This document shows positions 45,387 through 58,200 of a DNA stretch of 64,000 nt, in pieces. Origin of the DNA: Octopus vulgaris (taxonomy: Eukaryota); assembly GCA_951406725.2 (NCBI GenBank), contig OX597822.1:72974001-73038000 (forward strand). The letters run 5' to 3'. The translations under genes were made by a program, and so were the position numbers. Every line of letters begins with the position of its first letter. The stretch's first letter is position 1. Below the pieces are notes generated by a model. The model did no database searches, had not been told where the DNA came from, and saw only the letters and a program-made list of their open reading frames with translations.

Positions 45387-45764
45387 AGTATGGATATATG
45401 CCCTCATATGTATGTGTATATTATATTATATATTATATATTATGGGTATGTACCCACTATTGTATGGGTGTACCTCCTCTGATTTTCATATTTAATTTAG
45501 TTTGTTCTTCATAATCTCTGAAGAGGCATTGGGATATTTTTGTAAGTGTCTCATTTATAACTACATATTAACCTATCACACATGGCTTATATGAGCATAA
45601 TGAGGCACCCATATCTGCATGGCCGAAACAGCTGTAAGATGTAGTTTATATTTATATTTGTATTTATTTATATTCACTTATACATACTGTACTTATAGTA
45701 TCATATTACTCTTTCATGTACATTGTTTTGTTCTATATTATTATGTTTGACCTTAATGTTCATA
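44918..45764. mobile_element. Fold-back PLE pLTR element
   Basis: Arms at 45175-45272 and 45667-45764; HHR between them; left tail related to 59195-59385. Confidence 0.75.
45514..45640 (+). ncRNA. Type I hammerhead ribozyme with about 100-nt stem II insert
   Basis: atct-CTGAAGA-ggc...gcc-GAAAC-agct-GTA-agat. Confidence 0.75.
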
Positions 45765-47044
45765 TAATTTATTTTCATTCACTCTCCCACAGTTTTCATG
45801 ACGTAGTCAACAATTTATTTGGAAGAATCATGGCCCTGTTTCTAATAGAGAACTATTTGTCAGTGCTAGTAGATATAAAAATACTAAATGCCCCTGTAAC
45901 CACCTAATAAAAAGGAAAAGGGATCTATAATAATCTTGATCACACCTTCTTCCCCTTAAGTACTCAATCTCAGATCAGGGTTTCCTAGCCGTAATAAATA
46001 AATTTCTGTCAGTTTATCAGAAGATGTTCAATAGAAATGATTTAAATCGAAGCCTTAGTTTCATTAGCAATATGAAAAAAAAAATTTCAAATAATACGAA
46101 TAAAAGAGCTGAGTTTAACTACCCATGTCGGTCTACAAACACATGCATTCTGAGTTAGTCACGCAATACTGATTAAATTACTTATGTGTGAGTCACAGAT
46201 CACTGACGGAAAACTGAATAGAGATACTGAGCCCAAAGTTTATGCTGGTATTGTGGTGAATAAATCTAATTAGATATATTGAAGATATATTCTTTCAATA
46301 ATGTAAGAAGGAGCAACAAAACCAAATTATCGAATTACGTACGACCACTGAAAGAACGTGGCATTGCTATAATGTAAATAAAAGATCCTTTAAAGATGCA
46401 AAACTTGTACAAATAGAACAGAAAGCTATGGATTATGTACAGCTGAGAAAATCCTCATACTTATAAACGTAACTAATTCTCTTGTGCATTTGAATACCAT
46501 AGAAACACTTGGTGACGCGCGACGTAGAAAAAGTGGCCCAGAAACTAACAGAATGGCTTGAATACAGTTTTCGACTACGAATATTTACTAACTTACATAT
46601 CTTTATAATTTGATAGATTTGATTCCTATTTCTTCTCAATACCTGATATTAAATTAGGTATCGTCTATATTTGTAACGTGGCATGTTTTTTAGCTTCGGA
46701 GTTTAACTTTTCTCTTACTCATGAATACACATGCCCTAACGGTTAGGATATACTGCTTATGCGCCCAAGGTCTTGAGTTCGATGGCTGGGACAAGCAGTG
46801 GGCTGTGTACTTGATCAATGCGATTAATTTCACATCGATCCAATTTACTGAGCTGCAAAGAGTACCAGCTTCTTAGAACCAGAATTTAAGAACTTTAATT
46901 TCATACTATTTCAACCGTTCACACACACGCATGCACACACACATGCACACACACACACACGCACACACACTCTCTCACACACTCTCACACACACACACAC
47001 ACACACACGCACACTCATATATGTATAGTTATATATTCGCTTTC

Positions 47045-47420
47045 GAACTTCATGGTTCCGTGTTCAGTTCCACTGCATGGCACTTTAGACAAGTGTCTTC
47101 TACTATAGCCTCGGACCGACCACAGACTTGTGAGTGGATATGTTAAACAGAAACTGGAAGAAGCCCGACGAATATGTGTGTATGTGAATGTGTGTATTTG
47201 TGTATGTGAGTGTGTCTGTGTTTGTTCTCCATCACTGCACAGTTTTAGTGCGGTTACATTCCAGTAACTTAGGAGTTCGGAAAAGAAACTGATAGATTAA
47301 CTACGAGGCTTAAAAAAGAAAAAAATTCATTGGGATCGATTCATTTTATTAAGATTCTTTGAAGCGGTGCTCCAACATGACCAGAATCTACTGACTGAAA
47401 CATTTAAAAGCTAAAAAATG
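47045..47420 (+). mobile_element. CORE-type SINE (degenerate)
   Basis: caagtgtcttctactatagcctcgg.ccgacc...ttgtgagtggat. Confidence 0.7.
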
Positions 47421-48369
47421 AGAGCCATATATATATACAACAAACAGCGTCCTAACTGAAACTTTTAAAATAAACCAGATAGCTTATTAAATTGGCTGGG
47501 TGACCCGCGAATCAGATCTTAAAATTCCGGAAAAAACGCTTTTTACATTTCTACGCAGCCACCATCAATAAATATCGGTTTCAGATTTTCGTACAAAGTC
47601 ACCAATTTCTTTAGATGGATGAGTCGATGAAATTGACCTTAGCGCTCACTTGGCAGTTATGTTGACCCCGGAATGAAAATGTAAAGCAGACATTGAACTT
47701 AAAGCTTTAAGACTGACGAAATGCCGCCTAAGCATTTTGCCCGGCTAACGATTCTACCAGATCGATGACTTAATCCCAGCGATAAATATTACGTTGATAT
47801 TCTTAAAATTGCTTTCAAATAATGATCTCATATTAGCATATATATCTATGTGTAAGCGTGTGCAGCGGGTCAGAGAAAGTGATACGATAATATCGCCAAT
47901 TTTAACCTTATATAAATGCTTCAAATACATGAAAGGCATGAGCTTCAGATACTGACTGGAAAGAAAATAGGTAAAGTAATATGGCGGTTCTTAGCTGCGT
48001 TTCATGTACGAATATATCATCTAAATTCAGTAGAATGTTCGGTAAGCCTGATTATAGGTTTCCATTTGTTCTTCTGGAATACTGATGCATTTACTGAACA
48101 CTACGCATCTTTAAGTAAAGGTTTTGAGAATATGGGTTCTATTATTGGAAGAAGAAACACAATTCAAATCTCTAAATTGTGTATGTAACTAACCAACAGA
48201 CATGTATATGTTTGTGCGTGCGTACGTAATACACATGCACACACTAACACACATACACATATAGATAGACATATGTAGGTTTGTGTGTGTGTGTAAGAGG
48301 GAGAGGGGAGAGATAAGACGAGATAATGAATAGATATATTTATCTATCAATATCTCTTTCCATCTCTCC

Positions 48370-48416
<47 letters not shown>

Positions 48417-48490
48417 TGTATATTGTATACATAGAAACTGTATATAAATATAAATACATATATGTATTTATATACATACATATGTACATA

Positions 48491-48537
<47 letters not shown>

Positions 48538-48538
<1 letters not shown>

Positions 48539-48745
48539 CGCAGGAGTGGCTTTGGGGTAAGTAGCTTACATACCAACCACATGGTCCCGTGTTCAGTCCT
48601 ACTGCGTGGCCCCTTGAGCAAGTTTCTATTATAGCCTCGAGCCGACCAGTCTTGTGAGTGGATTTGATAGACGGAAACTGAAAAAAAAGCCGTCGTGTGT
48701 GTGTTTGTGTGTCTGTGTTTGTCCACCACCATCACTTGACAACCG
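48538..48745 (+). mobile_element. CORE-type tRNA-SINE
   Basis: gcgcaggagtggct.tg.ggtaagtagctt...gttcagtcc.actgcgtggc...agacggaaactgaaa. Confidence 0.8.
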
Positions 48746-48746
48746 G

Positions 48747-48801
<55 letters not shown>

Positions 48802-48946
48802 GTATGTGTGTATGTATGTGTATCTATACATAAGACAATTATAATCGTCACTAAATATAGCTATAAGCGCGCATGTGCAGAAGGCAGTATGACAATAATA
48901 CAGAAATGTTCTGGCGAAAGTACGGGTAATTTTTTACTTTCCCTCG

Positions 48947-49006
<60 letters not shown>

Positions 49007-49058
49007 TTGAACTTCTAAATGTCTCAAAGAGACATGAGCGGTGGTGGAACGATCGAGT

Positions 49059-49272
49059 TGTTGTATAATGTCAACATAACGTGACAGTCCCGTGACAGCT
49101 ATATAGTCTAGGAAGCATCGATGCTTCCTGCCGGCTTTGACACATTTCCAGGGTCCTTTGCAAATAAAAGGACACAGGAAATGTGTCAAAGCCGATAGGA
49201 AGCGTCGATGCTTCCTAGGGCTATATAGCGGTGGTGTAAATCCCATTACGCTATATTGACATTATACAACCA
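49059..49272. repeat. Fold-back element next to (TA)n, no clear HHR
   Basis: ttgtataatgtcaa..gctatatag..taggaagc.tcgatgcttcct..cggctttgacacatttcc mirrored at 49176-49272. Confidence 0.8.
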
Positions 49273-49297
49273 TATATATATATATATATATATATAT

Positions 49298-49670
49298 ACT
49301 ACCGTCAGAAATTAATTAGCACCCTTGATTTGCTCTTCACTCAAGGTATGTGCTGTCACCTAGTGGCCATATCTCGAACTATTGCTTTGTTGCGAGTTCA
49401 CTGTTGCGCAGAACGATGACGTAACTTTGTTTGCAGAGCAGTTTGAGAGTCTACAGCCTTATGATGTTGACATAGCAGTGCAACAACTTGGAGTGCGGAT
49501 GCAGACAAATCTTCCTTTGTTTAATAGATATAGGTAGCGCCTCGCAAGGACCGAAATCACACCATACTAAGTTTTCTCATCGCGTAAGACGTTTTGAACA
49601 GCTCATAGGTTAATTGATTTAGCCTATTTAATGTAGAAATTTGAGAAGTGCTAATTAATTTCTGACGCAA
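49298..49670. mobile_element. Tc1-like MITE
   Basis: Inverted 20-mer cgtcagaaattaattagcac (49303) / gtgctaattaatttctgacg (ends 49667). Confidence 0.65.
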
Positions 49671-49767
49671 GTTTAGTTGAAATTTACAGGAAAACAAAAG
49701 GCGAACACAGGTATATAAAAAACAAGCAGGTGTATTAGTTTGACGCTCAGGAATGTATATATATATA

Positions 49768-49991
49768 TACATCCCTCGACAATTGCGAATGTTATCTTCC
49801 AAATCCCCACCGTGATACGTGAAAATCCGCGAAATGGAAAGAGTACTGTGCTGTATATTTCTTTTTATTTTTCTTATAATTCGAATATAATTATTTTCTT
49901 ATAAATGCTAAACAACACCACGTAGAAATCGACGTAAGCTTAAATAATAAACCGCGATAGTTGAACAGCGATATGGCGAGGAATTTCTGTA
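49768..49991. mobile_element. pogo/Tigger-like MITE (degenerate)
   Basis: Ends tacatccctcgaca and tggcgaggaatttctgta; internal ccgcga motifs. Confidence 0.5.
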
Positions 49992-50335
49992 TCTCAAGAG
50001 AAGTATATAAACCATTAATGTCAGAAGGTATGAGAGGTGATTATATTTATTCAGCAACTTATCACCGTTAGAATAGCGTTCGTTTCTCAATTTTCATCGA
50101 ACATTAGTTTCAGTATATAATAGACAGATCTAAGTAGACATAATTTCAGTGTGTAATAAATTATGTTTATATTTCTATGTCACCATAATTCATTATACAA
50201 TAAAATTATCTTTACATGATTAAGGCTACGAAACGGCCGTAATCCTAATGATAAGTGGTTAAATAAATATATTCACATGCAATACCTCCTGAATTTTCAT
50301 GTGTGTAAATATATATATTTATTCACACACACACA

Positions 50336-50390
<55 letters not shown>

Positions 50391-50393
<3 letters not shown>

Positions 50394-50582
50394 GGTCCCG
50401 GGTTGAGTCGGGGTTAACCACAGTAAATAAGGTACTCAATACATAGCAGAGCAAATTAATTTATTTTATAGAAGGAGCTTCTACAGGACTAGAACCGTTT
50501 CATTCAAAAGAAATCATCAGGAAGCTTCCTGATGATTTCTTTTGAATGAAACGGTTCTAGTCCTGTAGAAGCTCCTTCTATA

Positions 50583-50583
<1 letters not shown>
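50391..50583 (-). mobile_element. Perfect-palindrome PLE pLTR element with one-sided tail
   Basis: 118-bp perfect palindrome at 50466-50583 centred on caggaag|cttcctg; (TA)n flanks. Confidence 0.9.
50523..50573 (+). ncRNA. Type I hammerhead ribozyme (mirror copy on the minus strand)
   Basis: agcttc-CTGATGA-ttc..gaa-GAAAC-ggttctagtcct-GTA-gaagct. Confidence 0.75.
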
Positions 50584-50613
<30 letters not shown>

Positions 50614-50887
50614 TACATACATGCATATACATATGCAATATATAATGTACATATATATATATGTGTGTGTGTGTGATTGTATATATATATACACACGCAT
50701 ACATGCATATAAATATGCAATATATAATGTACGTATGTGAGTGGGGGGTGCATATATATATAGGCATATAATACGTATGTATCTCATATATCTGATAGAA
50801 TAGATGTTTGAGCCTGATAAAAATATATAGATATTTATATGTACATATTTCTCTGTGTGTGCATAGAATATGTGTATCTCTTTGTGA

Positions 50888-50920
<33 letters not shown>

Positions 50921-52461
50921 GTGTGTGTAGGGAGAGAAAGGGAGAGAGAGGGATTAAGATGAGAGAGAGATTTAGTCGAGAGAGAAGACAGAGAGGAAAC
51001 AATGATTTGATAAATTGGCAGAATACCAAATATTTATTAAGGAATGGATTTAGTTGATTAAATCAATATAAATGCATGAATAGTACTTATTCTGTAGACC
51101 TTGGAGCGTCGTCAGTTGAAGGCAGGTCTTGGTGAGATCTCAACTAAAATAAGTAACTGTAAGGAAGCCTTAGGAATAAAAAGAGACACGCTATGAAATG
51201 AGAGGAAACGAAAGGGAATGTCAGAGAAAAAAAATGTGTGAGGGAATGAAAGGGAAATTTAGAAATTGCAGACAGAGAAAGTGAATAAGAATGAAAAGGA
51301 GAGAGTGAGAGAGGATTTGAATAATTGCAAGAAGAAGAGGATGAAGAGGCAGTAAAGAAAATGGTGATTATACAAAAAAAAAAAAACAAGAAAGAAAAAT
51401 GGCCTACGGGGAGATAGATTTGGAAGGATGGAGAGAGAGAGAGATGGATGGACGAAAAAAGTGAAAAAAAGCTGACTTCATGTTATGAAACCATATTTTC
51501 TTAAGCTGGAACACAAAAGAAAAAAAATAATAATTAAATTAGTTGATCTTATGCAACAGAATAAAATTGCTTCCTTGTTTTCCCTGTTTTTGTTGTTATA
51601 TTTCTTTTTACTGCTTGGGATTTTTTTATCACAAACATATTCAAATGCGCTCAGAGACAAAAAGACAAACGGCCGACAGTTTATAGATTTTAGATATAAA
51701 TATTTATACTTCTTAATTAATTTCCTTAAGATTAGATTGAATTTAGCCGATGTACTTGTGTGGAGGGAGGTCATTATTATTTATTACCGATATTATTATC
51801 GTTATAATTATTATTTTTGTTGTTGTTATTACTGCTGCTGTTTAGCATTTCTCCATTGCAAATGTTTGAGATAAAGTAAATCTTCCACAGAAGATGGGGG
51901 TGAATGGTGGATAGTGAGGGAAAGGCTTAGGATGCAGAGGCAGATTATGTTAAAAAAAAAATTAGACACATTTTCAAGATGCGTTATTTTTCGATTTTAT
52001 TTTTCTTATTTTTTGCAGGGGTATTTTTATATAACGTTCCTTAATTTCTATCATTGATCTTGTTATTGATCCTTATCCCCGTGTCAAATCTGATCAAGAT
52101 GACGTATAATTAAAGGCGGTCCAGCCGTGATCATTCCGTCTGCTATTCGAATATAATGCATCTAGGAACATAATATCCAGTGCGACCGCATAATATCCTC
52201 TGAGACCGCAACACGGAGTCTCATGAAGAGCTGATGGCTCTATTGCCATATCAAACGGTTACCAAAAACGGTTTTTATGAGTTGAAGTGGCTTCGGGTCG
52301 TAAAACCTGGTGTTGATACAGTTATTTTGGAGTTTCTGTTGACATAATTCAATCGCTCTCCTTTATTTCTTGAGGAATCTGTGAAAACTTCGGAAAAACA
52401 GCCGATTTATCGGTAAATATATTGGTAAACATGAAGCACTCATACACATACACACACATTC

Positions 52462-52505
<44 letters not shown>

Positions 52506-52559
52506 GGAACTATAAAACATTATGTAACAGCAAAAGATGACCTCGATATGGAGTGTATA

Positions 52560-53370
52560 TGGAGGAGTATATGCAATACATTTAACAATACATACGTACA
52601 GTTACTCCATAACAACGTCACTAGTAACTCCACCAAGTCCAGACCTCTTGTATACAACAGCTTAATAAGGGAACCAAGTACATAGCCACTAAGCTATATA
52701 CAGAGTAAAATAGAAACCCTCCCTGAATGCAAGGTTTTCATTATCATTAAAGACTACAAAGCTAAATTTGTTTCTAATCCCAAACGTACGCTAATCAATC
52801 CAGCATAATCAGATACAGGCCTAGTGAGTAAGGATAGTCTATAAAAAATCAATAATGATATTAGGAAATCCAACAACATGTAGTAGAATAGTGGGGAGAT
52901 CATACATTGCTTTGGGAACTTTCCAGAGAAACAGAAAGGCAGATATATTCAACCAGATATTGTAGACTTGTTTCACTCGCCAATGACCTTCTAATTAGAG
53001 TAGATAGTTTGCACGCTATAAGAGATAGTGATATAGGACTAATCGTCCCTGCTAAAAACACCCTACATTTGAGTGGGGGCTATACATCGGTAAAGATATC
53101 CGACACGTACAGTTCCTCTGGCTTATTCCTGCTTGACACACGAGAGAGGTCGTCTCCTCTGTGACCTTCGGAATTTCCAGAGATGACGTTCAAAGCATCT
53201 CTAAAACTGCATCTAGTCCTGCCCCAGACCGATTGTGGAAACACATTATCAAGACACTCAAATCTTTCAGCCTACAGATGACTATCGATTCCATCTTAAC
53301 AGAGGTCGATGGCGTTGACGCGTCGCTAGACTAGCTTTCCAACACCTACAAGCATAGCAGGAAGCCAAAA
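52560..53370 (+). pseudogene. PLE reverse transcriptase remnant (Naiad-like)
   Basis: KVFIIIKDYKAKFVSNPKRTLINPA*SDTGLVSK (cf. ITLKDHK..F...PKCRLINPAKS.IG) and GISRDD...DRLWKHIIKTLKSFSLQMTI...VDASLD*...YKHSRKP (cf. GLYRDD...FLDVTLDL...YKPYRKP). Confidence 0.8.
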
Positions 53371-53953
53371 CATATTAAAACGACAGACAGCTATACACAC
53401 ACACACACATATACGTAGACATATACCCACACGCATATATATATACATATAAACAGATACATATATATATTATGCAGAATTATACTAACATATTCAGTCC
53501 ATTTTGTTTTTCGAATGTCAGTAAATTTATCAAGATTTGGGGTATCTGACAGAACCACGTAGACTAAAAATAAAATTCAATCAATAAGAATTCATTTTAA
53601 AGAATTCTATACAATTTCAACCAAGTATTTTACGTAATTCTAGAAACGTTGAATATGTCATATGTAAATTTATATATTTTAATTTCTATTATAATCTGTC
53701 ATATTATACTTCAAACCATTGATATGCTACATATATTTAAGTGTATATTCAAAATTCTGCTCACCTGTAACGAGATATCTGTAAAATAACGAAATTTTAT
53801 ATATACACGATAGCTGTCAACTGGTTAATCAAGTATGATTCTTTTCAACACCAGCACTGAGTGCTTACACGTAGGCACAAAGGTCGTCAAAGAAAACCAA
53901 CAACCCACAAACTCGCAAGTAATATGAAGCTGAATATTTATATACATAGATAC

Positions 53954-53984
<31 letters not shown>

Positions 53985-53988
<4 letters not shown>

Positions 53989-54417
53989 ATAAATATTAGG
54001 GAATAAATCCAAATTTACAGGGAAAAAATCAGATTTAGGATTAAATCCAATTTTATAGTAAAATATTATAAAATATTATTAGAGACAAAACCACTATTTT
54101 GCAAAACAAACAAGGAAAGACTTAATCAATACATAAAATTTTAATAAATAGTAAAAAAAAACCGCCACTACAATTGTTTCTTGTCTTGATCGACAATCTT
54201 CAGGTGGACTTCCAATAAGTCAGTTTCAAATTATGAAATTTTATATATACACGATATAATTTGAAACTGACTTATTGGAAGTCCACCTGAAGATTGTCGA
54301 TCAAGACAAGAAACAATTGTAGTGGCGGTTTTTTTACTATTTATTAAAATTTTATGTATTGATTAAGTCTTTCCTTGTTTGTTTTGCAAAATAGTGGTTT
54401 TGTCTCTAATAATATTT

Positions 54418-54421
<4 letters not shown>
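53985..54421 (-). mobile_element. Near-perfect fold-back PLE pLTR element with tail
   Basis: Arms at about 54067-54234 and 54256-54421; (TA)n flanks. Confidence 0.9.
54283..54325 (+). ncRNA. Type I hammerhead ribozyme, canonical core
   Basis: ccac-CTGAAGA-ttgtc(gatcaa)gacaa-GAAAC-aatt-GTA-gtgg; identical mirror copy on the minus strand. Confidence 0.88.
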
Positions 54422-54472
<51 letters not shown>

Positions 54473-54484
54473 ATAATATATATG

Positions 54485-54540
<56 letters not shown>

Positions 54541-54543
<3 letters not shown>

Positions 54544-54862
54544 CGTTTTGGGATTTGCTTTGCAAAATTCTTTATATGAGTTCGTGTGTTGAAGTATATT
54601 CTGTTGTGTCTGTGGAGAGACGTTTTCTTTTTGTGCCTTATAATTTAATACACCACCGGTAAAATTTCCACTTATTTCTTATTTTTATTTTCCTAAAATT
54701 TTCATTGCATCTTACAACCTTTTCTATCGTCAAGACTATTGAAAAAGTTGCAAGACGCAACGAACATTTTAAGAAAATAAAAATAATAAGTGAACGTTTT
54801 ACCGGTGTGTTAAATTAATAGGCACAAAAAGAAAATGACCCTCCCCAGACACAATAGTATAT
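54541..54862. mobile_element. Diverged fold-back element with degenerate TTGAAAA-type HHR
   Basis: Arms at about 54596-54730 and 54734-54862; cta-TTGAAAA-gttgc..gcaac-GAA(c/a)atttt. Confidence 0.7.
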
Positions 54863-54886
54863 ATGCATACATACATGCATACATAC

Positions 54887-54926
<40 letters not shown>

Positions 54927-55387
54927 GCGTGCGTGTGTTAGTCAATGAAATTCCAACTTAGTCTGATTTTTTACCATATAGAAATGAGCTAGTACTTTCA
55001 TGTGTTACGCTATCATGAGGCTTATGTAATGACAATCTTTTTCCATACACATACACACACATACACATTCACTCGTAGCATTGAATGGATATCGTTTCTT
55101 TTCTTGTTTCTTTTTTTCTTCTTGCTTATTCATTTCTTCCTCCACTTTGCTAAAAGGTTCACCCGAAACGCTAGTCTACTTCTCTTCCTTTTACTCTTCT
55201 CGGCGTACAATTCACTGTTCACTATGCTTTGTGTCTCTTGTATGTGTGTGTGTGTGTATGTTATTTACATTTTACGTACAAACTTTTAATTTTTTGTTTG
55301 CCTTTTCCAACCTCTCACGATGTCCAGCACTTGGCTCGTATTTCCCTTGTTCCATTCGTAATCTCTCCCTCACTCTCTAACTATCTG

Positions 55388-55499
<112 letters not shown>

Positions 55500-55513
55500 A
55501 CTATCTATCTATC

Positions 55514-55546
<33 letters not shown>

Positions 55547-55574
55547 GTATATATATTTATATATATTAGGTTTT

Positions 55575-55722
55575 GAGGTGATGTACAGGTATTATATATT
55601 AGAAGAAATAAGGTAGTCAAAAATCTGGATGGTTTTTATATTTACAGATTTTCATTAATGTCACATGTTTTTATAAATCATATTAGCACTTGCATCTACT
55701 CTAGTAGACTCTTCAGATCTTG
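55575..55722 (-). mobile_element. Single PLE pLTR fragment with decayed HHR
   Basis: Minus strand at-CTGAAGA-gtctact/agtagat...aaaacatgtgac-at; shares aaataaggta.tcaa with 50425. Confidence 0.45.
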
Positions 55723-55777
55723 TATATATATATATATATATATATATCTGTGTGTGTGTGTGTGTGTGTGTGTGTAC

Positions 55778-56595
55778 TGATGCAACAAGTGCCTCTATCT
55801 CAGTATTTATCGGGACGCTGGATTTCCTTGGCGTTGTATTGTCTAAGATAAGCAACCAAAGATCATCAGAGCCTCACGTATGAGTCCATTGAAGTGTCTG
55901 CAAATGAGATTATTCATGGAATTGGCATAGAGGGAAGTGAGGAAGTTACATAGAACATATCTATATGTAGATTATGGTAGGTTGTATTCAAATTTTGCGC
56001 TGCTTAAATATTACAAGTAGCGGCAGACTTGACGAAATCAGTACGCTTCAGGCCAGTCTAATATTGAGGCTTTAGTAATTGAAATTGGCAGAGAAACGTT
56101 AATATATCCTTAGCTTCGTCTATATTGATGCAAATTAGCACACATGACACTAGAATATGTGAGAGCATGTCATCACTGATTTCTCTTTGATATGAACAAT
56201 GGTAATTTTGGAAGAGAAATAGTAAACTTATCTAAATAAATACCAATACTGATACTTATTCCATTGCGACCGTGATATGACTTTAAACTGTATCCGATAG
56301 TGGTACCCTGGTTTGAGAGTAGCTGCGTTTGAGGTTTGGTTTCAAACCACCTTTTAGCCACTGTTATTCCCAAGTCTATTCTGATCCAGAACAGTAACAT
56401 CCTTCAGAGTCCCATCTATGGATTAATTAGCTTGTCATGCAATTTGTATGCCAATTCCACAAGGTCACTCACAGACACATTAACGGACGCATAGTAAATG
56501 AGGCTCTGAGGATCTTTGGTTGCTCATCTTAGACAAGACAACTCCAAGAAAATCCAGAGTCTCGATAGATACTTGGCAAGTGGCACTTGTATCAG
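55778..56595 (+). mobile_element. Older PLE with inverted pLTRs and probable GIY-YIG trace
   Basis: Arms at 55784-55901 and 56472-56593; gaggct-CTGA(T/G)GA-ttgg..ccaa-GAAA; internal VVFKFC...RQT*R. Confidence 0.6.
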
Positions 56596-57129
56596 AGCAA
56601 TGCAAGTTTGAAGGATGAGAGTGTGGGACTGAATCTACTCAAACCATACCACTATAATAATATTCATTGTTCCTGATCCTCAGAAAACCAAGATACCAGC
56701 AAGAACACCACTACATTTTCTGCATAAGACAGTGGTTATAGGGAAAGAGGTGACGTTGACAGACAGAGAATGCAGTTGGAAGTCTAAAAGTTTGACCCTA
56801 CACGCGGGTGACCATACGTTGAATATCGTTTTCCTTCAACTTGGACTATAAACACTGTGTAACTGTGTCTTACTGAACTTTCAGTTGTTGATGCAACGCG
56901 AAAGTCCACCACCACATACTCCAGTGACCGTCGACAATAGAAAAGAGAAATATACAGCCAGGGGTGTTCGAATATGGTATCTTGAGTAACGAAACTATAT
57001 CTCTTATCTCTTAACTTTTACTGGTTTCAGTCATTAGATTGCGGTCATACTCGAATAACACCTTCAAGAATATTTTGTTGAATGAATCGACCCCATTTCA
57101 TTTTTGGTGTTTATTGTATCGCTATCTTC

Positions 57130-57362
57130 TTATTTCTTTGTTGCCCACAAGGTGCTAAACATAGCGGGGACAAACAAGGACAGACACAGGGATTGAGTCG
57201 ATTACATAAACCCCAGTGCGTAACTGGTACTTAATTTATCGACCTCGAAAGGATGAATGACAAAGTCGACCACGACGGAATTTAAACTCAGAATGTAACG
57301 GTAGACGAAATACCGCTGAACATATCGCCCGGCGTGCTAACGATTCTGCCAGCTTGCCACCT
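57130..57362 (-). mobile_element. Meta-core tRNA-SINE
   Basis: Same family as 11280-11510. Confidence 0.8.
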
Positions 57363-58124
57363 TCTGCTGATCCGCTGTTTTCTACTGAACCGCTGTTTTA
57401 TGGGGACATAAACACACCAATATGGGGACGTAAACACAAACACACACACACGATGGGTTTCTGGTCGGCCCAAGGCTATAGTAGCACACACTTGCCTAAG
57501 GTGCCAGCAGTGGAATTGAACTCAAAGCCATGTGGTTCGGGAGGAAGGTTCTTATCACACAACCACGTCAGAGTCTATATGCCGCAAGCTAATTTATTTG
57601 GTACCTGAAAATTTTGGTTGATCCAAAGCAAATGTAATCGTAGAAATAAAAACAGATTTTCGGACTATTAGCTTAGATGATCATGAATTGTATATATGTT
57701 TCGTAATGTGACAGATATTTTAATTCTATAGAAACACATAATGGAGCATGAAAACTGAAAAAAAAAAAGGGTTTGAAATGGATCTCGTGACAACGGCCAG
57801 AACTATTGAATTCCCTCGAGGCTATTTCTGACGACAGGTATTAGATATAGGTGTTTCGTATCCGGATTGCTTTTATTCTTTTATTTTTGAAAACACCCAA
57901 ATTAAAGAACAGTGGTTCTGCTTTTCAATAACTAATACTTGTTTCCAGCTTCATTTGAAGGCTGGAGACGGCTGAACTCATCTCAAACAGCTTTCTATTC
58001 GTTTGTATTTATACACACTCGATATACATTGAGACAACTATATATGTGTCAGTAAGGGGCTGTCTATGTGTGCCTGTATGTGTGAGCATGTTCATGGCTA
58101 TGTGCATTATTGTTATCATGTATG

Positions 58125-58200
<76 letters not shown>

